A stretch of DNA of 64,000 nucleotides from Octopus sinensis (lineage: Eukaryota), in assembly GCF_006345805.1 (NCBI RefSeq), contig NC_042999.1, positions 85,250,001 through 85,314,000 on the forward strand, given 5' to 3'. The position numbers and the translations under genes are program-made. Within the stretch, counting starts at the first letter, position 1. Every line of letters begins with the position of its first letter. The notes under the pieces were generated by a model, which searched no databases, was not told the DNA's origin, and saw only the letters and a program-made list of their open reading frames with translations. Positions 24,887 to 38,940 of this stretch are shown here, piece by piece.

Positions 24887-25049
24887 GTATTTTTTAAAAC
24901 TTTTAATCTGCATGTTTGGTACACTCACTTGCCGAGATACACTCAGCATCCTAGAACGAATGAAGGATGAGAGATGTTACAGTCTGACTGAAAGCTTGTG
25001 GAGGGGAAGTGACAGGGGCAGTAAAAAATATCTTCATGTAATATAACAC

Positions 25050-25385
25050 AGAAATTTAAAGGGATAGGGTTTTTCTAAGGATGTGGCCATTACTTGCCAG
25101 CACAATCTTTTGGATTTCTCTGAGACATGGTACTCCTGGGATATTATCTAGATGTTTCTGACATAACTTTTTATATCATACCTAGGGCACCTACAACAAC
25201 AGGGACAATTCTCGCTTTACAGTGCCACTTCTTTTGTATTTCAATTCCCAGGTCCTTATATTTACTTCATTTATCAAATACCTTAAGAGATATATTTTTA
25301 TAGTCTATTAGACTATAAGTATTTTCTTCCCTGTTTTTAATAATCATGTCTGGTCGATTAACCTGGATCGTTCCGTCAATACTAT
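25050..25385 (-). mobile_element. R4/Dong RLE fragment
   Basis: TIQVNRPDMIIKNREENTYSLID...ISLKVFDK, followed by the VVGALG region. Confidence 0.7.
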
Positions 25386-25399
25386 TACTATTATTATTA

Positions 25400-25941
25400 G
25401 CATTGCATGCCATGAAAGTGACACTGGGGTACAAATATACGAAGCCCAATACACCAAACATGACTCCCCGTCTGATAAAGGTACACCATGCACATGCATC
25501 ACAACCATAAGTGCGCGACATGGAGATCTCATATCTATATAAACAGCGCATGACCTTGCAGGTTTGGCCCAATTAGAATTTTCTTCCGGTTCAGTAGCCC
25601 ATCCCACTCAAAAAGGTCCCTGAATAAAGATTATTTAAGGATGTTGAACGAAACACACGTTTCTTGAGGTGAATTATCCAAACCAAATAATTGCTCTCAA
25701 CACATGGCTATGATGCTCCCCCACTACTTAAGCTCGTGATCAGAGACGCACATATTGTCAGCCACTTAGGGATATGCTCAACTGGTCATGATAAAACAAC
25801 TAACAAGAAAATCTGTGGTATTGAGCAGAATATTTGCTGGAGCCCATCTTTCATACCAAGACAATACAATCTACGTGATAACACTTCCAGTCAGTTAAGA
25901 TCAGAAGCCATTAGAGCCACTGTCTGATATTGCATTTATTA

Positions 25942-25995
<54 letters not shown>
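25400..25995 (+). mobile_element. Non-coding ~550-bp retroposon-like repeat (family F) ending in (ATT)n
   Basis: Near-identical copy at 51419-51792 (+, 3'-truncated) and a partial copy at 54627-54935 (-). Confidence 0.75.
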
Positions 25996-26221
25996 GTCAA
26001 GACGAAGAGCGCGATTCGATTGTAAGTTATTTTATTGAACGATATTTCAACAGTATGTCAAGTTCAAAATAAGAAATGATAAAAATTCAGAAATTTAAAC
26101 GTAAAGTATGAACGAGAGCAAGTTGCGTCAACACGTTGATGGAATGACATCATCAGTATTTAAGTCTTTAACAGGCGAAAAGAAAGAAAAAAACAGAAAA
26201 AAGAAGACGATAGAAAAGGGG

Positions 26222-26294
26222 AAAGAAAAAGAGAGAAAGAAGAATATTTAATCAAACTGTTTGATTAAATATTCTTCTTTCTCTCTTTTTCTTT
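26222..26294. repeat. Perfect palindrome: 36-bp arms with a 1-bp spacer
   Basis: 26222-26257 is the exact reverse complement of 26259-26294. Confidence 0.95.
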
Positions 26295-27450
26295 GGTCGG
26301 TGGAATGTAAGAATTTTACAAGACAGCAAGGGCAACCGAGAACGAAAAACAGCAATAACTGCAAAAGGAATCGCTTCGCATAATATTGACATTGCTGCTC
26401 TAATTGAAACCAGGCTTCCCCCAAGCTCTAGATGAGGGTTTCAATAAGCTTTGTATATCCATAGGTAATTCCTCATTTATGCACATTATAAGTGCGTATG
26501 AACCTACTTTGTCAGCACCTGAACAAGAAGGTATGTTCTAAATTACAAACAGTTAAGAGTGCAATTTCATATCATGACTAAGTTATATTAATGGGCTATC
26601 TTAATGCCAGAATCGGAAACAAATGCAATGTGGTCGTAAGTAATAGGAAAACATGAAACAGAAACGATGTATGTAAGTGGTTTACGAGTGTTGTCTTTTT
26701 GTCAACAATTTGGTTTAACAATTTCAAACATAATATTTTAGCAGGTAAATAAAAATAAAAATACCTGGAAGCATTCTCGATGCTAGACTATATCATAACT
26801 AAGAGTAAAGATTGCAGTGATGTCAGATTAACCTGAACTCACAACACTCCCGAGTGTTACCCGGATTACAAAATGGTTCGCAGTAAGGTTTATGTTAAAC
26901 CATATTGAAAGAGGCCATTAAGATCCAATATCCCTCCGAGAATAAATGTCTTCATTAAAAAATCCCGAAACGATACGAAACTTTGAAAGTCATCTAAAGT
27001 CAAAACTTGAGAATATAGAAGAAAACAATGGTTCTGAAGTTTTGTGGTGTAATCATCGTGACAGCATCAAATCCTCTGCTGAAGAAGTTCTAGGATTCGT
27101 CGAACTCAAGTATCAAAATTGTTTCAATGAGAAGGATTCCCAAATCAACCTCTCCTAAAAACTATGCTCGAAAAGCACAAGACATGGATCTCTAGCAAAA
27201 ATTCGTTGTCACTCAGATCTTTATATACCTCTCAGAAAAGATTGCGTGAGATAAAAATTCTTGATTGTCAAAAATACTCAAGAATTAGAATTGGCTGCTA
27301 ACTCCCACAACCTGAAAACATCATATGATAATTTGAAAGGCTGCTTCTGTCCCAAAAAAGGACGGTACGGAACCTATTCTAAGGGCAAGTCAAAACTCTT
27401 AAGTAGCGAAGATGAAATTCTGAAATGATGGGCTGAACACTTTAAATAAA
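26295..27450 (+). mobile_element. RTE (BovB-like) LINE fragment, AP-endonuclease region, decayed
   Basis: GRWNVRIL...ERKTA....NIDIAALIETRL, ISAYEPTL, and NKNTWKHSR motifs with stops. Confidence 0.75.
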
Positions 27451-27869
27451 TGAACACCGGCAGAATAGTGATCACTTCGAGCAAAATGCTTAGCAGCATT
27501 TCGTTTTTACCACGGATTTTGATTTTTTCTTTCATCCTTCCTGGGTCGAAATACATGTTGAATACTGGGGTCAATGTACTCGACTATCCCCCTGCCCTCC
27601 AAACTTTTAGGCTTTGTGCCTATAGCAGAAAGAATTATTATTAAAGTAAATCAAGCTGCATGCTGGCAGAATCGTTGGCACGTCCGACAAAATGCTTAGC
27701 AGCATTTCGTCCGTCTTTTTGTTCGGAGTCATTGTCTTTCATCCTTTCAGGGTCTATAAAATAAGTGCCACATGAACATTGGGATCGATGTAATCGATTA
27801 TTTCCCTGTCTCCAAATCTCAGGCTTTGTATAGATTCTTCTTCTTCTTCTTCTTCTTCTTCTTCTTCTT

Positions 27870-29340
27870 CTTCTTCATATACACACAACAGATTAGATTG
27901 TTGGAAAAGAAAAAATCCTAACATCGGGCTACAGCAAGTAACCTTAGATGGCAAGAACCCTCCTAAGCATCCTAGTTGTCCCTAATAACACTGTTTTCTG
28001 GAGCTGTACTAAACTGGGTTTTATGGCTATTTCCTCTATCCATCTGTTCAAATCTTTAGGTATAGTTCCCAATACACCTACAACTACTCGGATAAATTTT
28101 ACCCGCACTTTCCATAATCTTTGTAATTCAATGATTAGGTCCTGCTATTTTGCTATTTTTTCTATACTTCTCATATTGACTTTTTCATTATTTGGGACTG
28201 TAAAGTCAATTATCTGACACTTTCTATTATCTTTATCTACTTCTACTAAATCAGGCCTTATAGGTTCTATTACTTTGTCAGTCTGAATGTTGAAGTTCCA
28301 CAACATCTTACATTTCTTACTTTCTAATAGTTTACTAGGTTCATGTTCATATCAATTATCAGTGTGGTCAAATTCTAGCTTTCTACATAACTCCCAGTGG
28401 ATTACTCTCCCTAGGTTGTCATGTCTTTTCTTGTATTCTTTCTGTGCCAGCATGCTACATTCACTTACTATACGCGTAATGCGTTCCTCTTTTGATTTGC
28501 ATAATGTACATAGAGAATCTACTTGGTGTTTGTCTATCTTGGCTTTTATCCAATTAGTCCTTAATTCTTGATCTTATGCTGCTACTAACAAACTTTCTGC
28601 CTCCTCTTCAGCCTTCCTTTCTGCAACCGTAACCATATCTCACTACTTCTGTTTGCTGCAGCTGTCTTTGAGAATCTGCCCTGGAAAGCTTTTTTCTGCT
28701 AGTTAGATAACATTTGTTCTTTTTCTGGTTTTTAACTTCGTTTGGGTTTTTGGTTTCCCTATGTCTTGCTGTGACTCTAGCAGCTTTTAATAAACTTGTT
28801 TCACTATTACCTACATAGGAGTCTACATTTATTCTAGCTAACTTCACGCAGTCTTCTACTGATATTAAACCACTTCCGCCCTCCTTTCTAGTTAAGTATA
28901 ATCTTCCAGTTTTTGTCAAATCTACAAAAGTTGCTGAGTATTAAAGAAATGATAATACCTAAGTATTTTCAGCCTTCACTAGGTTCGAACCATTTAGCTT
29001 TGATTTTATTAGCTTCCTCACCCTTCTGATGTACTCTTTCTCAATTTTCGTTTTCATTTCTGTAGTTAGTACTCTGTCAGATTCTAATACTCCTAAATAC
29101 TTATAAGTCTCTCCTCCTTGCAATGATTTTTATGTCTGACCGTCTGGTAATTGGATACCCTCACTGTTGACTACTTGTCCCCCTTCTCGTGACTAATATT
29201 GCACACTTATCTATGCCAAATTCCATGCCTATATCTTTGCTGAAGAGTCTTACAGCCTATCTTAAGGAATCTATTTCTTTTTACTAAAATGTTTCAGACA
29301 CTATTTCTGATCTGGTACCCAGCCTTTGCCTTCCTTAATG
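27870..29340 (-). mobile_element. R4/Dong fragment (RT C-terminus to RLE)
   Basis: YKYLGVLESD, RLYLTRKEGGSGLISVEDC and VVVGVLGTI...KTVLLGTTRMLRRVLA. The 3' end adjoins (TTC)n. Confidence 0.82.
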
Positions 29341-29594
29341 CTAAACTGAGGGGGATCGAGACAAATAAGACAAATATTAAAGGGGATAACGAATCCCCTT
29401 AGAAAATTCCTCTCTTGATATTAACTTTCCCTAAGACCGTGTCACTTGAGTATAGATCTACTTCCCATTTCTTCATGCTAAAGCTAATTAATTCTCTTAT
29501 GTTATCTGCTATACTGAATGTACTCAAACATTCACTTATCCATGAGTGTGGGATCATGTCATAGGATTTTTTATTATTATTATTATTATTATTA

Positions 29595-29648
<54 letters not shown>

Positions 29649-29649
29649 A

Positions 29650-30175
29650 TAAAAACAAAGGTTGTTACATCTATAAGCTTCCTTATAATATATCCATGAT
29701 TCATTTATCCACGAGTGTGAGATTATGTCATAGGCTTTATTAATATTTTCACTTTATTGGAACTTCTGGAGTCTTGCATGCATAGCGGGCTTTCTACCTG
29801 CAACCTAGGATACCATGCTATTTGTTCTTTTCAGCTATCTAATACTTTCCTGGCTGTGTCAAGGAGGAAAAGTTTCTACTGGGCACTCTATTCCAATTTC
29901 CTTTATATTCGTCTTGATACCTTCTGATACTGTTCCCAAGGACCCAACAATAATTGGCACTATCTTCACCCCCTTCCTTTTCCATAGCCGGGCTATTCCG
30001 TACTTAAGAGGGTTGTATCTATCAATCTTTTTGTTTTCCTTCTTGACTATTTGTGACTCAAAGGGGCATGCAACATCAGCTATATATATAGCATATGTGG
30101 TGCACCTTGTCCACCACCACTAGGTCCGGTATGTTATGCTCTAGCACCTGATCTATTTGGATTGGGAAACTATCA
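29650..30175 (-). mobile_element. R4/Dong RLE 3' fragment
   Basis: RARA.HTGPS...DVACPFE...KIDRYNPLKYGIARLW...IVGSLGTV. Adjoins (TTA)n at 29570-29645. Confidence 0.72.
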
Positions 30176-30599
30176 TTATTATTATAAATACAAATAGAGG
30201 TTGTTACATCCATAAAGGACAAGTGACTGGCATAAGCACTGTTGAATAAGACCTATAAAATATATTCTTTATTCCAATATGACATCATAATAACGCGCCT
30301 ATGTTAACCGAAACACCTGCTGAGGACACGTCATCAGTTATAGTGGCTTCATAAACAGCGTCACCGTGTGCATTTTAGGGGGAATATTAGTCACTGATAA
30401 AATCCTACCTCAGGGTTCAGCACAGCCCGGCTAGTTATTCTTTTTCTGTCTATTAAAACACTGAATATAAAGACAAGCGGTTTGCAACCATCTACGCATA
30501 CAATGTTGGCTAAGATCTAAATATTATTTTGTAGTACAGTCTAATCTGTGCACTGTTAACACTCCAGTAATATAAATATTTACTTTTGTTTTTTTGCAG

Positions 30600-30643
30600 T
30601 AATGTTGGATGAAATTCCGAAAATGACTAAGGCTGTTAATTGA
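30600..30643 (+). CDS. Tentative terminal exon of the VWD-domain gene (LMLDEIPKMTKAVN-stop)
   Basis: Strong acceptor TTTTGTTTTTTTGCAG|. Phase 1 fits exon I and runs to TGA, with AATAAA at 30825-30830. There is no homology support. Confidence 0.38.
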
Positions 30644-30774
30644 CGCAAGCTGTTTTCTTCGGGTCGTGACCTCTTCTCTAACGATTATTGAAAAAGTTTA
30701 ACAACATATACTCATAATAATATTTCAATACATATACTCACACACGCGTATACATTATATATAGGCGTGTATAT

Positions 30775-30809
<35 letters not shown>

Positions 30810-33489
30810 ATAATAACGTTCTTAAATAAAATATATTAGCAAGCAAACTTTGGCTTTAAACTTATTCTTATTGCTTTTGTTTGGGTATGGTCGTCTGTGA
30901 CAGAGCAGGCATGGTCAAAACCATACCTTGAATGTGTTCTTTATGAAATTTAATCTGTGTTTTGATGTATACATGGCTGCTATTTTTAGCATATGCTATC
31001 ACCACGTTTTTAAAGTCTAAATCCCTTGCAATATCTATGCACCAATTACGAAGGGCATATGACAATTAAATTTTTTTCTTAAGTCATGGTTAATAATATG
31101 GAAGCTCGAAGCATTCAGACATTTTAAACTGCATTGCTATGGCTATAGTGCAGTAGTTTAATCATACTGAATACCATCTTTTTCCTTTTTAGTTTATCAA
31201 ATATACTATATATGCAAACCATCATTTCTAAGTATACCAGTGAGAGTACTATATTATACTCTATGTTAGGGAGGGCGCTCTAAACCAAACGTGTTTCACT
31301 TGTCATATCAGTAATTAACATACTTAAGCAAGTATGCTAATTTTGATTCAGCTTTTAGCTATAAAAATGTCTATACAAACAGCTTCAGTCATATTGCTGG
31401 TAATTATATTACATTGGATACATTTGTTGATTCGTAGTAAACCTTTCAACTCAATGTCCAATTAATTTAATTACATATATGTATGTATGTTTCCGCTGCA
31501 GCACAAACACGTGTAGGTCATTATAATATGGTGTATATAATTATAAAATAAGTTTTGTGGATGTACAAGTTTCCATACGCTTTATGATTAATATTAATAT
31601 ATACTCGAGACAATTTTTACCGCCCAGCGAAAAGTACACGGAATTACCCACCGGAAGAAATCACGGATTGACTTACAACAAATTGTGGCCACAGACGTTA
31701 AATACTTATGGTTGTGGTTAGTCGTTAACTTGAACTTAACTGAGAGCTAATACGGTATATGCCAGGATAATATATCTCTCCAAATTCACTTATATATATA
31801 TATATGTATATATATAATTTTAGTGCGATTGTTTTTTTTTTATACGGCGCCGTTTTTACAATCCTGTAAATAATAATAATAATGGTATTTTTATTCAAGC
31901 TTAAAGTTTATGGCGATCACCATAGTCTAATAAAGGGGCATATAAGCCCGCGACAGAAAAAAGAAGGCTTTTCCCTAAGTGTGTTACCTTTACACCAGCG
32001 AATCAGCCTCCCTTTTCCTGTCAAATTTAAGAACTATAATAGTTCGTGTTTTTTTATATGTAAACAAACTTTCTATATGCTTTCTTAAGTTACTTTTTAT
32101 TTCACTTAAATTAGGTTCTTTGTGGGATTATATAATATTATTCTTTCAATAATTCAGCAAATTTGATTTAAATCATACTAAGGAACCATTATCAATATTG
32201 TGTAACCGACTGATGGATTTGATCTTCACTGAAGAACTTGGAATGCAAAAAGCTAGAACAAATCCTACGAGGCATTCTCATCCGACTCCAGTAATTCACC
32301 TCGGTGGGATTCAAACTTCAGGCGTAGAGAGACGGGGCAAATACTACAAGGCACTTTATTTCACGCTTTAACGATTCGCCGCCTGAATGAAGGCGCTGAA
32401 CTAAATTGCCATGGACCGTGCTGAAAAGATTAATCCAGAACCACGCGATTTTGCCAAGCGATCTTCTCAACGTGCACCAGTGTATCATCGAAGTAATTTT
32501 TAAAAATCACTACTTCTCACCAAAAGAGAATTTAAAATGATATAATGCAATGTTGGACTGGATACTGTATTCTCCAGCTAATTAAGTGTAGAAATACCTA
32601 TAGTAATACAAAAAATATTTAAATATTTATATAACGTTATTGTTTTTTTGTGTCAAGGGAAGTTACTCTAAACGTTTGGGAGAGTGATTTCCCTTGAATA
32701 GTAATTTTCGATTATTTTCATGCACTTATCTGGAGTTAGATGAAAGCTTTTAATTTATTTCAGTCTCTCAAATCTGGAATGGCACCCTATTCTTCAATTT
32801 CTCATGTACAGTTATACCATTTGGGATTTGTCTTTAAGTTATTTTCCAGATCTGATAGATATATTCTTAGATTTGCTTTTCACATAGTGTCGTATGAGTC
32901 AGTAAGGAATATAAGCAACATATATGCAACGAAATTATACTAGCCCATTACAAAAGCATAACTCTTATTTCACAGTTCACAAAGAGAGCTGAAAAGAAAT
33001 TACTATTTAGAGCTTGGCTGTAATGGCACAACTAATTTGCATATTGTACGTTTGTCGGCGGAGTGATTAAGTAGTTATTTAATGTCCATTCATAATACAG
33101 TGTGCTGTAGAAAACGTAAGATAAATTGAGATTAGCTAAACTACAATTTTAGACTTTCTCTGTAGAATATTAAAAAAGAAGTCACTATATCTTGTTATTC
33201 TCTATGAACACACAAAATCAAAAGAAATTACCTTGACATGTTTCACAGTTGGTTGTTCACTTACCCAGCAGACAAGTATCCCTCCTCTCATCTCTCTGCA
33301 CATGAAGAGAACTTATAACAAATGACTATTTAAGCCAAGCGTAAACTAGGAGTTTGCAGTGACAGCTACATTGATTTGCCTACCATGTGTTTGTCGGAGG
33401 AAGCATTAATAATTAATAAAGATACATGCACAGCAGCATATTTCTTTTTTACTTGCAGTTTCTGGAGCAAGGACCAGAGCTCATGATTG

Positions 33490-34110
33490 TTGCAAGCCTT
33501 TTGATATCGGTGAGCTCGATGTTGTTAATGTTTCGTTTAAACCTTTGGGCCATTGCATGTCAACACCTGCAAGGAAGACATGTATAAGAAGACGATCCTA
33601 GAGGATCTTGAAAGGATGTGCTAGACACCATGGTTAATGTGGACGGGGATGGGTTGTGAGATGCATCAAGAGTAACGAGAAGCAGAGACGTGTTGGTCAG
33701 AGTACCTGAGTGGTGGAGGTGCACTGACCATTATTATAGGGACAGAAAAGCCACTAAGTCACAGGCAGCAGACAACGCGCTTGTGTGTCCGCTAGTGGTT
33801 TGATACCAGTAAGCTGAGTGGCTTTTTTCTGCATGTGGACCAGAACAGATATGCGTAGCAAGAACATTCTCCCAAATGTTGGTGTGATAGCTCATTGTGG
33901 CTTTCATTTGAGCTTTGTAGAATGTCATCGACTAATGGGGAATGAATCATCCTCTGGCTCCGAAGAGATGTAGAGATCCTCGGTGAAAGTGAAACCTAGC
34001 ATTTATAGTCACTGTGAGGGATCTAACGGAATGCTGCGAATGTTTAGAAGTTATCTTGACAATTTCTGTTCATTTACTTTGAACATAGGTTCACCGACAT
34101 TGATGACCCA
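33490..34110 (-). mobile_element. L2/CR1-group LINE RT C-terminal fragment, decayed
   Basis: Reverse strand gives LGFTFTEDL and FYKAQMKATMSYHTNIWE, resembling the LYKAQ..P.MEY...IW block. Confidence 0.5.
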
Positions 34111-35317
34111 CGTATATTCCTCTCTGTTTTTGTAATTTTCCTAGGTTTATATATTTACTTCGTTATATATTTACTGCGTTACATATTACATTGCGGTAAA
34201 TATATAACTCAGATTACACTAACTGAATTATATAAATTGTTCAGAAAGTGATTATGTACGTCAGAAAATAATATAATTTTGTGGTGCACATAAATCCGTT
34301 TCCTTTGAGAAATTACAGAAGACTTTAGAAATGGTATTCGATTTCTACTGTTCAGTTTTCGTTTCTAACTTTCACTTTCATAAAAGTATCTTTTAACTTG
34401 AAGACCTCCGAGTGACATTTTTCGCAGTGTTCTTCTCTATTTATTTGTTCATTTAACCAATTTGGGACTTCTGTTCTTTGTTTAAACAAATATTTTTGTC
34501 TCTAGATATATTTTCTGAATGTCGTCGTTCTTTACTGTCACTGACTTGATTTATTTCTTAATTAAATTCTTTTGAGCAGTGTAGAAATTCTAATTAGACA
34601 ATGTTGGCGTACTTTTATGGGGTGATATGTTGCGACTTCATTTCAACCATACATTGCTTTATTCTTCAATATTATGGCTAGAGAAGGTTTGTAGGAATGA
34701 TCTTTCTATTGGTGATAATTTCTCCATTATTTATGTGGTAGAGAAGTTATATATTGTCGTTTTGGTTAGCTACTAGTCCAATTGTACTATAAACTGCTTA
34801 CTAATATCACGTTAACAATAAAGGTGAACAATCTCATTTTAAATGCTCCTGAATTTTAATTAGACTTAATACAAGTGACATTTGCTTATCGGCAGCAGTG
34901 TAATATGATCTTGGGCATATGGAACTATCAGAATAAAATTTAAAGCCATGTTAACAATAAAAGAAAATAAACTCATTCAAGTGCTTGTGAATTTTACTTA
35001 AATTTAATACGAGTCAGGTTTGTTTAATAAAAACACTGATTTTGTTTTACATAAAATTGCGCATAAACTTAAAATATGAAATAGAGTAGGAATCACTTTT
35101 GCTCGTTAATTGATTACAAAAGGTAACTTTAAATTTAAGCCTTTTTATTATTTTAATTAAATGAATATATTTATGTTCTTAGTAAGAAAATCTTGATAGT
35201 TTTATATAAGAACTCTTGTAAACGAATATGAAACAACTTATTCTGAGATTCATCCTGCTTGATCAGTTTCAACGATAAATTTCTGTAAAATGAAAAATAA
35301 CATCTCTTTAAACGACT

Positions 35318-35484
<167 letters not shown>

Positions 35485-36719
35485 AAAAACTTACTGTGGA
35501 CAAGGTGTTGTGTGTCGTTCGATTATAAATACATAAATGTAAAATACATAAAGTACAGGACATCACTAACGAGTGAAAAATAAGTAAATACATAACGAGA
35601 GACAAGTACGGGACAAAATACCAAAAGAAGTCTAACCCCTCCTCAGTTGCCGACTGTTAATTACTCCCTATTTCGAGCTTTCAGCAACAAGATAAGAAAC
35701 CTTTATGAAACAGCAGCATCCAGAAATTTTTTTAATATGAAATTTGTGGAGAGTTAGAGCTTCGAACGATCAAACAACGACAGAGTGGATGTACAGAGTA
35801 AACAATCGACGAAGACAAACATTAAGGGCCGTTAGGCCAAGACGCAGTGTAATGGGTAACGCCTGGGAAAATTTTTGAAAGGATATAGAATAAATAGAAG
35901 AGATGAAAATAGTAGAAGAGAAAAAGAGAAAAAATGTCAGGAGCCGAAAAAATGACGTCTAGCTAAGAAGACGTTACGTCTCTTTATATATTCAGTATAT
36001 ATTATTATATACGTAACCTCATTGAAGGTCCTAGAAGGACCAGGCCCCTACATCAACTGAAGCAAGCATTGCAAGCTGTGCATAGCTGAACAGGCGAGAA
36101 TATTGAAGAACTACCTCGAACCTGAGAACATCTTAAGTCTTTGGGCCCTGCTTAGACTTTACGAGATTCCAACTGAAATCCTGGAATCCAAAAGCGGAAA
36201 CGTCGACTACGGATAGCAGTATAAGTGAGACAATCTCTTGGGATAACCCTTTGTCCGAGTATTCAATAAGTAACTACGTCTTTTCTCTCCCCCCCCCACA
36301 CCCTTTGAAGAGAGGTTATGGGCTTATAGGCCTATAATAGGAATATACATATGAACATGTTTGCTGTTGTCGTTGTCGTCGTCGTTGATGTTGTAGTTGA
36401 CAACACTTTTTTATTTCGAGCTAATAAAATTGATATCAAATTCGTGGGTTTTTTGTTTTGTTTTGCTTTTTCATACTCGCCCCTAGAATTTCCCATTGCA
36501 ATTGAAATGCTATTTTTTTTAACGGTTTGTAAAATGGGCTATTTTGTTCAGTTTTAGTTGAGGGAGAGTGACGCAAAATATTTGTAGCCATTTTTATTGT
36601 GTGAGGGTAACATGGCGAAACAAATCTTTTTCCAAAACTCAAAACAGAAACCTTCAGACGCTTTTGTAAACTTGAAAATCTCACCGTTAATATTGCTGTA
36701 CAGATATCCTGGAATAATA

Positions 36720-36753
<34 letters not shown>

Positions 36754-37566
36754 ATAAGTATATTCGTATAAAAATACGTAAGTGATACAAATGTTTCAAA
36801 CTTGTCCTTTTCAGCTATTTTACACCATTACGTTGCTCTAAATTTTCAATACACTAATTCAATATTCCATCGGAGCTTTCTTCTGAAATTAAGACTGTTA
36901 TTAATCTTCAAAGTGTCTGGTAATCAACGCTGCTGGGTGTGGTCGATAATCTGATAGGTTTATTTAATTTGTATATAATCAATAATTATTCGATTTATTA
37001 AATTAATAGTTCATTTTTTTTAAATAGTTTATTTTTCATATTGCAGTACAAATCTAATTTCTGTTTTTAACGTTTCTCGCTCAACAAAGAATACCATTGC
37101 TATAAACATACTAAATGCCTAGTTGGTTACAATGATGCCCTGGTACTTATTTTACCGACCCTGAAAGGATGACAAGGAAAGTAAATCTCGGCAGAATTTG
37201 AACTTAGAACATAAAGACGGACAAAATGCTTCTCACTGAACGAATGTTTATTTATCCCACCCTAAAAATGAGCGACTACCTCCCCTGTCCCGAGTAATGA
37301 CTATCGCCAATTACCTCCCATTAGATTTTTCTACTTGTTGCTTAATTCAAAAACTTTCGTACAAGAACATGGACTAAAATCTTCTTTAGAAAATACGAAA
37401 TTACAATAATTTCAATGTCATAATTAGCGAAATTGAAACCGGTAGACAACCACAATACTCTTTCATTTAAAATATATTACAACTATGTAAACTGTGTGCA
37501 TTTGCTTTCTTTTATTTTATGTATTTTTGCATTGGAGATAATCTAAATTCACTTCCTCCCTTTTCT

Positions 37567-37618
<52 letters not shown>

Positions 37619-37739
37619 AAGTACACAAAAATTTTAATTTGTAAACTATATGTCTAGTTTGAAAGTAGCGTGTAACGCATAAAATAGTCCTTCATTCTGT
37701 TTCAATCTCAAATTAATTCTTGTAATGATGTCAGTTCGT

Positions 37740-38940
37740 TTCAAATAGAATGATGTCCAAGAGTTTCTTAAAACATCTATATCCACGAAAATAATGAAGA
37801 ATTGTGGACTTCTGAACCCTACGCTGTTGCAGTATCTTAACAGTATATGAAGAGGGTGTTTTTTAGGAAACTATACGGTAACATCCAGTTCAGAGATTGA
37901 TATAACTGTCAGTGCCAAAATTCGGGGCTAGAGCATCTAGGAACTTTCGATGGACGTCTCCTGTTCATCTGTGTTGGTGTATTATGCCGAGTTGTGGTGG
38001 TATTTGGTACAAAGCCACAAGAATTTAAGTTTGTTGAAACAGTGCTAGCTTGCACCATGTTCGGCCGTTGGTTTGGAGCTATAATGCATAAAGCTAGGAA
38101 AAAATACGTTTCGCAGAATCAACATTGTTTCCTGATCACAGACTCTGAATGATCTAAGAATCTAATCAGCCTGTTGAGAGCACATTGTTGCCGTGTCAGA
38201 AATATATATATTACCAAACGAATCACTAATGCTGATTTCCAGGCTACACACTAATTATGACTCGGAGATTGCAATCTCCAACCAGGTTTTCTATATCGAA
38301 AGAAGGCAGGTAAATGTTTGGTGGCATCGGGTAATCTCTAGCATAGTATTAAAGTAAAACTTTTCTTTTTCTGAAAATAACGGACCGCTGTGGACACGCA
38401 GTTCTACCTAAAACGACGCCGTCTGCATAAACACCACATAAGTGTGTTCCCTATGTTGACGGTAACTTCTGACATTTCTTGTCCAGCAACAGACTGCGCA
38501 GGTATCTTCATTTTGTCCGCATTCACTTCCATCTCAAAGCGATAGTAGGCTTCAGAGACATGATTCGAACAGCGCTGGGGGGAGGTCGGCAACAGAAGAG
38601 ATAAGGGGGCATTGTCGTTTGCATACAAGAACTCTGTGATGCTGCTATTCGATGTTCCCGTTTTGGATCAGAGACGCTCAAAGTTGAAGAGTCCGCCTCC
38701 AGTCGTTAGTGGTTATCATCATTAGGATCTCGTTGAGCATCGCCACCAAGTAGATGGGGAACAGGGATGGAACCAGGACGCAACCTTGTTTCAGACTTCC
38801 TGAGATGGAAAATGGTTCAAAGAATGCATTCTGCGTGCAAACTCATCCTACCATGCAATCATGGAGCGTGATGATGAAGTCGAACGAAGTGATCGGGGAA
38901 ACCAGAGCAACGGAGTTCAGACCGCATCACTAGTCGATGA
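37740..38940 (-). mobile_element. RTE-type LINE RT fragment, decayed
   Basis: ORF 38404-38628 reads YANDNA...PQRC....YYRFEMEVNADKMK, resembling the YADD...FG..VN..KTK RT motif. Confidence 0.55.

Noticed and set aside
35600-35700. Hammerhead-like words on the - strand (CGAAA and CTGAGGAG)
   Set aside because: I could not build consistent stems I-III in any topology.
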